A DNA stretch of 64,000 nt from Nageia nagi (Eukaryota; Plantae; Pinophyta), in contig JBITNC010000001.1 in NCBI GenBank assembly GCA_050084985.1, positions 89,776,001-89,840,000 of the forward strand, read 5' to 3'. Positions 1 to 13,800 of the stretch are shown one piece after another. How positions within the stretch are numbered: position 1 is the stretch's first letter; the number at the start of each line of letters is the position of its first letter. The position numbers and the translations under genes are program-made. The notes under the pieces were generated by a model. The model did no database searches, was not told where the DNA came from, and saw nothing but the letters and a program-made list of their open reading frames with translations.

Positions 1-176
1 TAAATTGGGAGGGTACCTAGCCTTAGATGATAGTCATCTTCTACTTCCTTTCCAAAATAAACAGGTGAAGATTTTGAATGAAGGCACTAAAAATATCCAT
101 CTCAAGAGGATCAACGAAGTGGCCAAATATGTCAACACTAGAACCTTCCAAGTAATGGCTAATCCATCAATATTGT

Positions 177-346
177 AGATTATGTGGATTTTTTTTATGG
201 AAGTATTATGGAACCTAAAAATAGGAATGAGGTGGATTATATGGGTTCATTTTGTGTAGGTCTTTTAAACCCAAAAATAGGACTAAGTTGGATTATGTGG
301 GTTCATTTTGTGTAGGGCTTATGGAGCCCAAAAATAGGATTGAGGT
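177..346 (+). repeat. Three ~57-bp tandem units upstream of the aRH domain
   Basis: Unit ggattatgtgggttcattttgtgtagg...cccaaaaatagga starts at ~177, 234 and 290. Confidence 0.85.
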
Positions 347-3300
347 TTAATACATCAACATTGGTATCTTTATGAGAAATAAACCAATGCAAATTGTATG
401 AATGATCCATAACCAATAGAAATATTTGAAAATGATACACTAAAGGAATCAATATTAACAACCAAATTTTTATCAACAAATGATCTAAATTATCAGGTCA
501 CAGATGTTGGCATGGGAAATTATTATCTAGATGGGAAATTTCAACCAATTTCAATCATTGTTGATAAAAACATGAGGTATGGACAATGTATTTTGATGGT
601 TCCTAATGTAAACATGGATGTGGAGCTGGAGTTGTCTTCAAACCTCCCAAGGGGACTACCAAAAGATTCCCCTTCTTATTCACATGGACCTATATAAATA
701 ATACTACTGATTATGAAGCCCTTTATTTAGGGTTATCTAAAGTGATCAATATAGGCATTAGATGCCTAATTGTCCATGGTGATTTTGAGTTGGTCATAAA
801 ATAAGTTAAAAATTAGATTAGTGCAAAACATCATTACCTAAAGAGCTATAGGAATAGAGTGTGGGATTTATTGGATTCATTTTTGGCTATCAATTTTATA
901 TTAGTTCTTAGAAGGTGCAACCAAATTGTTGATGCACTTTTTGGAAGAGGGGCACATTATAACCCTACTCATTACTAAAGAGGAGCTTTTAAAATCAAAT
1001 TTTAGTGTAGGACTTTAGTATCTAATGTTGTAAAATTTTGTTAAGTATTTGATTTTGATGAGCATATTATGAACTTCCTCATAGATGAAGCAATGGCTCA
1101 CACTTTTGGTACTTAAGAAATCCTAATTATTTCTAAGAATCATATGTCATTCAACTTAGAGACAATGTAATACTAAAAGAACTACTCTCTTTTAAAAGAT
1201 TATTTAATTCAAAAGATGTCTTAAAGGATAAGTATTCAGTTATTCTCAAAGAGAATCATGTTGAGGTAGAGGTAGAACCTAGGAAGTTTATAAAAATTGG
1301 TTCAGAGTGTTCTGATATAGAAAAGATTGCTATGCCTCAAATTTATCATGAGTTTTCCCAAGTAGTTTCTTGGACTTATGATGATCTTAATACATATGAC
1401 AAAGATGTCATCTGACACATGATTAAGCTTGAACCAAAGGCCAAAGCATACAGACAAAAGTAGAGACTCATTAACTAAAAATAGAAGAAGCTATGAAATA
1501 GGAGTTAATCAAGCTCCTTGATTTAATAATCATTTATCCTATCAAGCATTCTTCTTGGGTAGCAAATCTAGTTCATATTAGAAAGAAAAATGGAGAAATC
1601 AGACTCTATGTTGATTTTAGAAATTTGAATAAAGTGTCCCTTAAAGATAATTATCCTCTCCCTCCAATGGAGCAAATCTTGCATATAGTATTCAGAGCTT
1701 GCTATTTTTCAATGATTGATGGTTACTCAAGATTTAACCAAATTTGGATAAAGGATGAAGATTAGTTCAAAATAGCATTTACAACTAAATTAGGGACATT
1801 TACTTTTCAAAGGATGTCATTTGGTCTTTCTAATGCAGGAGCTACTTTTCAAAGAGTAATGGATCATGCATTTGGTGAGTTAAAAAGATTATACTGATCA
1901 ATCTAGATGATATCACTATCTTCTTCAGAATTAGAAGTGATTACCTAGAACATCTAAGATTAGTCTTTGAAACATGCATGAAATTTAGTATTTCAATCAA
2001 CTTAAAAAAGTTAATTTTTATGTCAACCAAGGAAAGTTACTTGGTCACATTATCTTAAAAGGACTAGCAATTGATCTAGATAGAGTAAAAGCTATAGAAG
2101 CATTACCACTCCCCTCTAACAAGAAGGCCTTATAATCATTCCTTGGTTAGACCAATTTTGTTAAGAAATTTATTAATATTTTTTCAAAAATTATATCTTC
2201 CATCACTTCGATGCTAAAGAAATATGTTGTATTTTCCTGGTCATGTGAAGTAAAAGTATTCTTTAAAGAGATAAAAAAGGTAATAACAGAAGATTTTATG
2301 CTTAAAAATTTTGATATGTCAAAAGATTTCATCATGTATGCCATGGAGCAGATAGGAGCATTGTTACAATTCTTGCATAGAAGGATGACAATAATGAAGA
2401 ACACCTGATTACCTTTCATAGTTAGACACTACATCAACATTAGCAAAGGTATTCATTTATTGAAAAGGAAGTGTTTTCCATTATGAAGGGGATTAAAAAA
2501 TTCAAGCATTATGTCTTCCATAGTAAAATCCTTGTATATACTATTCATCTTGATGTAAGAAATTATATCATATAAGGAGACCTAGATGAAGGAAAAGCTA
2601 TTTGGATCACTAAGGTAATGGAATATGATAGAGATTAAACCAACCAAGCTAATTAGAGGTAGGGATCTTTGTGAAAATATGGATAAAGCTTCACATATGG
2701 TCACTATTTTGGAAGATGAGCAGTAAGTTAATCATGAAAATGATTAGATTAAGCAAATTATGGTTTATTTTCAAATTGGCAGGTGCCCTGAAGCTCTGAA
2801 TAGATTCCAAAGAAGGAGATTTAGATTGCATGCCTTTAAATTTATCATGATAAATGACTATTTATATATAAATTTTTTTGATCAAACTCTTCTTAGATAT
2901 GTGAATCAAGATGAATCCCATAGAATATTGCATAAATTTCAATACAGATTCTCTGGTAGGCATTACAGTGGACCAACTATAGTAGTAAAGGTATTATAGG
3001 CTAGATATTATTAGCCCACTATATTTCAAGATTCATTCAAGATTGCTTAGAAATGTGATAAGTGTAACAGATTTGTGGGAAAGAGAAGACAATCTGCAAT
3101 GCCTCTCAAACTTGTAGTAGTTGAAGAGCCTTTTCAACAGTGGGGTATGGACTTCATTGGTGTCATAAACTCAAATTACTCAGTTGGCCACAAGTTTATT
3201 TTGACTATAACAAATTACTTCACTAGATGGTTAGAGGATATGCCATGTAAAAATGCAGATCAAGAAGTGATGATAGAAATGATTAAAAAGATAATCACTA

Positions 3301-4449
3301 GCTTTGGAATCCCATAAACTATAGTGTCTGACAATGGTATAGCATTTACTAGAGGAAATCTATCAAGTTTTGTAGCTTAGTATGGAGTTTACTAGTTATT
3401 TTTTTAAAATTATTACCCATAAGGTAATGGGTTAGCTAAATTAACTAACAAAAATCTAACCCAAATCATCAAGAGAACAATTGAAGGGAATCCCTGATAG
3501 TGTCATACATAATTGGACTATGCACTGTGGACTAATAGGATTAGTATAAAATCAGCAATCAGGACATCCCCATATGAATTGGTATATAGTAAAAGATTTA
3601 TGTTGATAGTACACATGGAGTTACCAGCTTTGAAAATCCTATAAGAAATGGAATACCATAGCTTTGAACCATTATAGTTTAGATATAATTAGCTCTTGAA
3701 ATTGGAGAAAGATTGAAACAAAGCATATGAGTCATTCCAGCATAGCCAACACATCGTCAAGAGGTGTTTTGATAAGAAAAAGTCTTTTTGGATGATATTA
3801 TCCTCAAATGGGATGAGAAAGAGCAAAAATTGATAAACACAAAAAATTTGACTCTCTTTGGAGCGGCCTTACATAATTACCCATGCCATGCCAAATAATG
3901 CATTCAAGTTGCAAGGTGTTACTAGGTCCCAAAAATTACATATTCCCATCAACGAGATCTATTTAAAACATTATTGGGTGATAAGGTAAGCTTGTATTCC
4001 CTGCAAGGCATTGTATAATGTAAATATTTCAAATTTTTTTTTGCATAATTTTCAAAAAAAGTAAATAGCCTTTAATTATCAAATTTTATTCAATATCATT
4101 AAGAATTAATATTAACGTACTGCTTAGCTATCAACTTTAATTTAGCTTAGTCAAGAGTTAATGCTGGCATGCTACTCAACTATCACTAAATAAAATAGCA
4201 TTTAAGGAAAGATTTCCTCAAATTTCATGAACTATCATATAAGTATAATAAATTAAGTATGGTATGCTTAGAATTTACTAATCCAACCTATGCTAGCTCA
4301 ATCCATATAATGCATGGGTCTCGAGATTCTCAAGAAGTAATTACCATTAATGGAAATCTTGCCAACCTAGGACAAATAAAGCTCCTCCCATACTCTATAG
4401 TTTAACACTTAGCTAATTTCAAACACTCAAGTTTCCAAAGTATTCAAAG

Positions 4450-7400
4450 CTTAGAGATTTCAAAACTAAGTTATCTTGAGAAAGAGAGAGGTTGTAGGAC
4501 ATCACATTGCCTAGATTGATATTTTTAATAACAAATAGAGGTTTAAGAAAGGGTTTTAATATCATGGAGACCTCTTAATCATCCTCTACAACCCAAGTGG
4601 AACAACTCAACATTGACTTGCTCTCTTTACAAGAAGAATATCTCAAAAATTTACTAGGAGTAAATTGGACTGAAATGGGAGTAATTAGTCATATGGATAC
4701 ATGGAGAGCTAACCCTAGCCACATTTTTTTGTAGCTTAAGGCACCTAAAGTGAGTGAAAAAGGAAAATCACTTGCTCATTCAAAGAGAAATGTTATGATT
4801 GATCAAGGTTTGGCATATTATGTGCCCTATGAGTCATTCACTTGCCGTGACCTCTTATACTCCCTAGCACACAAGCATCATCAAAAGGGGTACCAAATTG
4901 GAATGTTCAAGAACAATGAAGAGGGAGATACTTATAAGCCAATGTTTGAATCAGTGCTAGATTAGTCTCCTAACTCCATCATCCAAACATTTTCTATTCC
5001 AACAAATTGGACATTTCATGTTAAAAATAAATTGATTTGAAAAAGGAGAGACATGATTTTTATATTAATCAAGATGAAATGCTGAGCTAGATCAATGGGA
5101 GATACCAGGATAGTAGAAAAGCAAAAATCTTGTTGAGCTACCAAATAGCCCTTTTAAAATAAAGAAAGATAGAGAAGTGCTATAGGCACTCATGGTCATA
5201 TTGGGAAAGAAGACCTAGATTGAAGCAAACAAATCCATGGTGCACATGGCTTATAATATTTTAGAAGCCCATGTCTGCTATGATTTTTCAACTTTTATAA
5301 CTAGAGAAATTAAGAGGTGTTTGTTCAAGATTTAAAAATTATATTTTAGAAATTCTTCATATCTTTGGTGGCTCTTTGTCTATCAAAATTTGGATAAACT
5401 TATATAGGTAGGGCTCCTAGTTGTGCTAACTAGTTGCAGTGCTGCATTGATGCCAATTGAGCTAATTGTGCCAATTTTAACCAAGTTGCATGGATCCTAC
5501 TACAAGTTCATAGAAAATTTCTATGCAATTGTAGTAAAAATTTTAACTATAAAACTCCCCAGTAGGCTATGCAAGAGCACAATAAGGGAGCTACAAGGTG
5601 GAAATAAATTTAGTGATTGGTACTTCTTAAGAAACTGCACCATAATAATTAGGTATGGTTATTTTGAAGAACCCTTCTTTTTGCCTAAATATGTTACCCT
5701 CTAGTTGTAGTCAATAGAGATGGGTAGATAGATTTGTGCCATAGAGAGTAAATATGGGTCTAGGGGCAACTTGAAGTCTATTGTATATATACCAGCTTCT
5801 ATCAAGAATTTTTCTCTTCTAGAGATAGGATGTAAAGATAGTAATACCTAATTTATTGTACAAAATTTTAAGTTAGATAAGGTGGGAACTGCATGGATGT
5901 ATGACCCATCAGGGAGATGACCCTAATAATAAAGACTAGCAAGAAATTTCAAGCATTTATCTATGATAGTAGGCCCCATATAGAATATTTTGTAAATAAA
6001 ATTGAACAATAGGTAGAAATGTACCCAGATTGGGAATTTGTACCCCTAAATAATTCCTAGATTGCCTTGTAAGGAATAAGAAAATATAGAAACTAGAAAA
6101 ATAAGAGGCAAGGTTTTATCCTCAACCCAAAGATCCTCACCCAATTAGCATATCTTGGGTGGGGTACCAATAAAATTCATTATTTTATAAGATTTAGATT
6201 TGAGTATACCATAAAAATTCACCACATTGAAAGTGGATTATTTGAAAAATTCAAATATGATAAGTATTAGGAGGCAAAATATTCCAAAGATCCTCTACCA
6301 AAGTTGGGATAGCCTCTTCCTCCTCATTTTTATAGGAAACCTATTGCAGAGGAAAGGATAATGCAAATAGGAGAACCATCTGCCATGGTTCAAATTCCAA
6401 ATAAGGGAGAACAAAACCCTTTGGATATCACCACTTCTTGAGAACTATCTCCCAAAAAGAAAAGAAAAGTTCAAACTCTTAGTTAAAGGTAGCAGATATT
6501 GTAGAAGGAATAGAAGCTACTAAAAAAGCCTCAATCAACTACAACAAGGTCATCATCACAAATGACTATACCTTCACCTTCAAAGGCAATAGAAGAAGTC
6601 TCAAAGGAATTTAAAGAGCCATAGGATACAGATTCTAGTGTTGTAGAATAAGTTTAGGACCAAAAACAAATAGAAACCTCAGAAGAGGGATAGAGCTAGA
6701 TTCAACAAATCAAGGGAAGTATACCTAAGGCTAGTAAGACAATAGTAGTTGCACTTGGAGGAGGATCAGGAGATGGTGATGATGATGATGAATCTAAAAA
6801 AAAGGACTCTCACATAATGGATAAGCCTAAAGAACAAGGTGAGGCCATGGCAGAAGCTGAGCTTAAACTAGAAGTCCAATAGTTGACTCCTCCCTGGCAA
6901 TCCCAACCAATTCAACAAGCTGAGACACCTATTGTAGGTGGAATTATTTCTACTCATTCTTTTATTCCTATAGCCTTGCAAGAGAAAATAAAGTTTATTT
7001 TTTCTACATAAATTATAGAGCCCATTGATTAGGTAACTTTTGTTAATAAATATCCTATTCTCCTTGAGCAACAGTTGAGAATTTTGAGCAAAGTAACAGA
7101 TATCAGAGATATAAAAATTACTCAAATGCCTTTTAAAGAAGGGTAGTTGAATTTTACTCCCATAGTGATAATAGATGTAAATATGTAGAGTGCACCAGCT
7201 ATTAACTAGTCTAGGTTTCTTGTAAATACTTCAATGGTAGCTAGTAAAAGTATTCAGGTAATGGAGACTAAAATAGAGAAATTGAATTAAAAAATTAATC
7301 AATATAAGAAAGACTACTCCCTTAAAGATAAAATAGTAGCTAGGTTAAAAAATAAGAATAAATAATTGGTTATAAAGCTTGAGAAATAGAAAATAAAATT

Positions 7401-8310
7401 CAATAAGAGCATGGTAACATCATGAGCTAAGCTAAATACTACAAATAAAATGATAGAAGAGCTTAAAGCTCAAGCTATATTCATGGATACTCAGAAGATC
7501 AGATAGATTGAGGTCAATATGTAGACTATTAGTGTAGCAAATAAAGTTCTATTAGATGATAATGGAAAGCTATTACTACTTATGAAAAACTTCAAAAACT
7601 CCTTGGTAGAGCAAGTTGGTGATAGAATGATAACATTATCTCACTTGCATCTACTCAAGGAGGAAGCTATATAGGCCATCAAGGAATTTCATGCTCAAAA
7701 TGCACTTCATAAACTAGCTCTAGATATATCCAAAATAATTTTGGAAAGGATGCAAGTTCGATTGATAATTTTGACTGAAAAGAAGTTCATAATAGTCTTA
7801 TCCAAGCCAAAATAATCATATTAGAAAAGGATCCAAGAAATTTGTGACCTCTAGAATTTAGTATTTAACATGGACATAAACAAACACCAGCTCATAACAA
7901 GCTAGAATTTATTAACAAATTCTTATCTTTAATTGACATGAAGGCTCCCAAATTATCGAAGGAGCAAAATGTACAAGGTAGTGCTACCAATTGGGTATCC
8001 AATACCATTCAATTATTGAAACAATATTTTTTTGAGAAACAAATCTTAGATCTTCAACAAATAAATGAGTTGGCTCAAGAAGCTATTATAAAATTTTTAC
8101 ATGCTAGAAGGCTAGACAATGTCCTGGTAGAATTTAGAGTAGGCACAGAGAAGATTAAGGTATCACCCATCCTATCACAAGTTGATTATAAATATCTAAG
8201 TGATCTAAATAAAATGATGTAATCATTTCTCCCACTAGACATGATGGTAATAGTTGAGACTACAACCAAGTCCACTTCTAGGCAAGCCACTGGGAGTAGT
8301 AATTGAAAGG
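4450..8310 (+). pseudogene. Decayed extra ORF 3' of integrase in the Tat element
   Basis: Collinear + strand ORF pieces (4750-4965; 5423-5704 with DWYFLRNCTIII.YGYFEEPFFLPKYVT; 7938-8222), a GGGSGDGDDDDE linker at ~6760 and a K/E/Q-rich coiled-coil-like tail. Confidence 0.6.
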
Positions 8311-8827
8311 TTCTATTCTCTAGCAAGTAGAGACCCCAAAGAGCCATAAAAAGATTATATTACTTCAAAATGACACTAAAAAATTAGGGTAATTCTATTA
8401 TTTTTTATGCTTCATTATTTCATTCTTTAGTGCCCAGGAGTTATGTATATAAGAGTGCTCAAGGGGACATTATTCTTTTAAAGTCTTCATGAGTTGAAAA
8501 TTTTTGTATTATTTCATTTTCAATCCCTCCTCTCTCACTTTTTTTCCTTAGGGTATCAAGAGTCATATACTTTTTTTAGTACTCAATAATTGTATGAAAA
8601 AGGATACCCAATAATTATGTCAATAGGAGTTATGTCAATCCTTCATTCTTTTATTCTTTTGTGCCAGGAGTTGAGAGTAACCCTGGGAGTCATGTCATCT
8701 TATTCATGATACCCAAGAGTCATGTATATAAAAGTATCTCAAAACTATTTTTATTGCCTTAGAGTCTCTAGGAATTATTAGCACAAGTGTCTGAGACTTG
8801 TACAAATTCAGAGTTAGATTTTTGAAA

Positions 8828-9253
8828 AACATTAATAGAGCTCAAGGATTTTGAAAGATGACATCACAATTTTTGGTAAAAATAAGAAGGTTTTAGTATA
8901 ATTAGAACATCAATAGAGCCCAAGGATTTTGATAGATGATGTAATAATTTTTGGTAAAAATAAGTGGGTCCCAATAGAATTAGAACATCAATAGAGCCCA
9001 AGGATTTTGAAGGATGATGTCATAATTTTTGGAAAAAATAGGCAAGTCCTAGTAGAATCAAAACATTAATAGAGCCTGATAATTTTGGGAGATGATGTTA
9101 TAGTTTTTGATCAAAATTAGCAGGTCCCAAAGTAAGCAATGGTGAGTGCAAAATTTTGAAGAACATTAATAAAACTTGATAATTTTGGGAGATGACATCA
9201 CATTTTTGGTGAAAATCAATGTGTCTTGGTAGATCTAGATCATCAACAGAGCC
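8828..9253 (+). repeat. 78-bp tandem array (about 5.5 units) in the Tat 3' UTR
   Basis: aacat(c/t)aatagagccc..ggattttga..gatgatgt units start at 8828, 8906, 8984, 9062, 9162 and ~9240. Confidence 0.88.
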
Positions 9254-10828
9254 TAGAAGAAGAGCATAGAGCCTATTAAGTAAGTGTAAGAGTAATGCAA
9301 AAGAAGAAACCTGGGTCCACTTCATGTTAAGTGTTTGACCCTCAAGACCCTATTAATGTGTCAAAATTGACTCATTTCCACATAATAGTGGCTGTTCTTC
9401 TTGAACCAAGTAAACATAATGCCTATCAACCACCATTACTTTCATTACTAACATCTATACTAGAGAACATAAAGGTTGCAAAGAATTAGATAGCAATTGA
9501 TAGAGCATAATACCAAATCATACAAATCAATATGCAATCAAATAATTACTCAATCAGTTACAATGCTATCTTCAATCAGCTATAGTGCTATCTTCAATCA
9601 GCTACAAGGTTGAAGAAGGAGCAATCAACGACATGTTAGAAGAATTATAGCTTTATGGACATGGCTTTTTAGAAGTTGCAAATTCCTAGATAGTTACGAT
9701 GATTAATACTTATTCACTGTGTATCTAACATAGTTGTAGCATTTATGTAAATAGTGCTATTTTAATTATTTCATTCAATGCTAGCAGTAATGTATATTAA
9801 TGAAATCCAACCACTAAAGAGGGGGAAAGTTGTATAAATAGCTAGCTTTTAGAAATAAAAAAGGTCAAACATTTTATCAAATTTACCCTAATCTATAAGA
9901 GCAATTCACATATGATAATACAAATAGGCAATGCTTTGCCCTATTGCAATAAAGTGGCTATTATTACTTTTGTGAATGTTATGTGTGGAATGTTTTCTTC
10001 AAGTTGTGGTTGTGTGTTATGATTGTGAGACCCCAAGTGTGAGATAGTTTGCTATTATTAATCTTGGTTATGGATTGCTACCTATGCTACAATGCTTGGG
10101 TTGTAAATTTTTTATTTTAACTATTTATTTATTTATCTCTTTCCTATAACTCTTTATCTTTTTATTCCTTTCTTATTACTTTTGATCTTAAATATAGATA
10201 AGAATTGGCTTATAAATTGGAGATTGAGTAGAAAACTAACATGAGCACATCCCCACCACCTTCTACTCTTTCAAAGAACCTACCATTACAGGAAGTGGAG
10301 AACACCACTAGACCAAACCCTTGAGGTTACGCTACACCTATCAATAATAACTTGATTAACTTGAGCAAGATTAATTGATCGGGTTAAAATAATTAAGTGA
10401 CTGCTTTACTTTTCTAGAATTAGTAAAAAGATCATTTAATTCAAGGATAAAAAAAGTTATGATTGAAATAAGCTAATTCATTTCATATTTAGAGGAAAAG
10501 GTGAAAAATATAAAAAATATGAAAACATCCATTCAATATGTGAAGAAATAATTGTGTAAAAAATATTACTATCTTACTCATAACTTGGATAATTCAAACA
10601 AGTCTAATGCAGCCGAGTTACAAACATTAAGTAATTGCTTACTTTTCTAGAATTAGTGGAGCAAGTATTTAATCTAAGTATGGAGAAGATTATGAGAAAT
10701 ATGACATAAGTGTTAACACAATCCATTAGCATTAAGCAAACACATCAAGGACCACCTTGTTAAAAGGAGGATAATAGATCCCTTGTTGTCCCCTTTTTCT
10801 CTTGATAAGAAAAAGTGGTTAACTAAAT

Positions 10829-10846
10829 TGGAGACTCCATTGGGAA
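10829..10846 (+). promoter_or_regulatory. Putative primer binding site (Tat/Ogre tRNA-Arg type, degenerate)
   Basis: TGGAGACTCCATTGGGAA resembles TGGCGACTCCACTGGGGA and lies upstream of the second element's gag. Confidence 0.6.
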
Positions 10847-13800
10847 GTGAATCAAGAAATACCATTTGGATAGTGGAAGCTAGCTTGGTGACTCTAAAAC
10901 AAGTTAGTCACTTAGAATGTTTTCTAGGTACAAAACCACATCAAATTTACTCTTTTTTGAAAAGCAAAATAAAAAAATTATATAAAAATAAACAATGTTG
11001 AAAAGTTATGGTGAATCTTCAACCTAACTCGAAAAGATATCATGCTTCACAAAATCAACAAGATAGAAGGATTAAAGAATGAGTAATAAATAAATCACTT
11101 TTCTTTAACAAAATAATATTTAGCATTTTAGCTCAAAGAGAATAAAAAGTATTTACAAGAACAGAAGAAAGATATCTCCTAAGTGAGCTTTAGATTGTAA
11201 ATCAGAAATCTAGAAAAACCTTCATTGAAAGAGCCTTTTATAGTGAAGTAAATTTAGAAATTCCAACTTTAGTGGAATCTTTGGGCACACTTGATGAAGA
11301 AAAAATAGATATCAATGGATACCAAACAAATTCATATTATGAGTCTGATAAAGAATATATACTAAGTTTAAAGATATGTTTCTTCCTTCCAATTGAGAAA
11401 AATCTAGTACAATTATTATCACAAACTTTAGTAGCTTCAGGTGTCAGTTATCTCTCTTCAATCATCTGAGAATTTGATCTAATATCTCAGATCTCAAATA
11501 CTTTATCATAGGAATTACTTTTAAGAAGTCAAGAGAGAACTTTAACACCAAAAAATTGATGAAACAAATAGGTTATTAAAAGAGATGTATATATTTTTCA
11601 AACCAAATAAGAAATTGGGTTAAAGCTTAATGATGATAGAGAAAGTTTGGAAAGATTTTATCTTAAAAAAATCCTGGGAACTCATGGATATCCAATAGAT
11701 AACAATGACTTAGATGATGAAAGATTACAAGGTTAAAAGTCAAATATTATTCTTGGAATTGAAGTCCAACATTTCACTTATAATTTTGAAACTTCATTGA
11801 GAAGAAGTCAAAGTTTAACATCCTTCATCAATTGCTAAGTTTTCCAAACTAGCAAGTCCTTCTAGAAGAATAACTCAAAGTTCAAGATTAGCTAAAATAA
11901 GCACTTGGAATCTTGACCCTACAAAAATTGAAAGATGTTTACAAAGAATTCAAAGAGAATGGAAAAATAGATATATATAAATACCACACTTGTTGAGACC
12001 AAAAATAGCACTCCTATATGAATTATATCACTTGGAGAATACAAAATTGATTGTACAGGTTTTGAATCTAATACATAATATTTTGAAATGGTATAAGGAA
12101 ATTAGAGACTTCCATGACCTTGGGAAAATAATTTTGGACCTTTATATTTACAAGGACAAAGACATAAGCTGCCTAAAGAAACTAGGGATCTTCCTAGTTT
12201 TTTAGGAGATCAGATAGTACTATTGTCAAAGAACATCTTAAAAATTTTAACACTTTTTGTGAAGTAAATGATGTCCAATACAAAGATGTTGTAGTATGTA
12301 TGTTTGTTAAAACTCTTTACAAAATCTACCCTAAATTGGTATAATTCTCTTCCTATTGGATCAATCACCAGTTGGGATAACCTATCAGATACATTTTTAG
12401 CAAGATTCAAAAGTCAAGTGTTGGGAATAGAATTAATTAATTAAATTTCACATATAAAGAAAAATTATAAATAATATGTTGTACAACTAGCAAATCACTT
12501 TAATAAAATCTTTCATAGAATTTCTAGGAATTTGCAGCCTATCAACCAAATCAAAAAATGTTTTTTCATTAATGCTCTAGATCCTGACTTGGGGTATATG
12601 GTTACAATATGTGAATCTACTACATTCCAAAATGTAGTGAATGAAGCAATTAGACATGAAAATTTATCAAATCTACAAGAAATATAAATATGTACAAACC
12701 TTTTGAATCAAGAAAAGGGAATATTGAATCCTTTAGGAAAGAAGATAAAAGTGAAGCACCACACCGAAAAGAGGTTGAAAATGAATTATTAAGGAAACTA
12801 GCCAATATGACTATTCAACAGACTCAAAATACAAAATAGGGATTCAGACCCAAACAAAACTTCAAAAAATTTCTAGATCAAAATAGAGGAGATTTCAAGG
12901 AAGAAAAGAAGATAGTACCTATTCCTTTGGATAGATCAAAATCTTTAAATACAAACTCTTATTGCAATCTTTGTAAGTATGAACATGATCCTAACAATTG
13001 TATTGCTATGAATATCTTGTAGGAAATGATTACAAAAAATGAAGTACTTTTGGGAAGCAATGATCTAGTAAAATAAGAAGAATCTAACTTGCTCTTGGAA
13101 GGAAATAATGAAGGTGCTATAGAAAATGTCTACTAATATATTATTGAATCTTCTAAATGTTACACCATGATGAGAAGATATCAAACTAAGCTTCAAGCTC
13201 AACAACAAGATAAAATTCAAATGAAATCCATGGAAATACAAATTGACCAAAATAAAAAAGATCCATCTAGTTTGAAATATAGTGTAGTTGAAGATTTTTC
13301 CATAAAGATGGCTAGTGTCTCTATTTTGCAAATTTTGCAAAGTGATCCCCAAGCTGTGAAAGAACTCTTGGATGTAATTAAATGTGCAAAAATGCATGCA
13401 AAATTGATTATGGGTAAGGTTAACATTAGATAACAAGTTTATGTAGCTCAAAATAAAATGGCTAGACTTCCCCCATTTTACATGTCTCTTTGGGTGAATA
13501 GTAGAAAATTGTGCAATTATATCTTAGACTTAGGAGCTACAGATAACATTATGCCAATAAAAGTTTCTCAAATTTTAAAATAAAATTTTACTAAATGTGA
13601 AGATTCTTGTTTTCAAATGGATTCTTCTAATGTGAAGACTATTGGTAAAGTTAAAGATATCACTGTTAATCTATCTACATTTCCATCTTGGAAGATTCTT
13701 ATGAGTATTTTGGTAGTTAATATGCCCATTTCTTATGGAATGTTACTGGGAAGATAGTTTGGAGACACTATGGGTGGTATGATCTCTTTATATTGGTCTT

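Larger units (their letters stand above)
1..9300 (+). mobile_element. Degenerate Ty3/Gypsy Tat-clade LTR retrotransposon (5' part outside window): aRH-RT-RH-INT, then 3' extra ORF and repeat-rich 3' UTR
   Basis: Manual translation across frameshifts gives: aRH WTMYFDGS*CKHGCGAG...NNTTDYEAL...IVHGDFELV (~577-960); RT SSWVANLVHIRKKNGEIRLYVDFRNLNKVSLKDNYPLP (~1490-2150); RH (~2300-2660); INT PFQQWGMDFIG...TNYFTRW...SDNG (~2870-3975). Many stop codons. Confidence 0.92.

Noticed and set aside
9811-9840. PPT plus LTR start (AAAGAGGGGGAAAG-TTGTATAAATA)
   Set aside because: It could equally be an LTR-internal TATA region, and there is no partner LTR in the window to fix boundaries.
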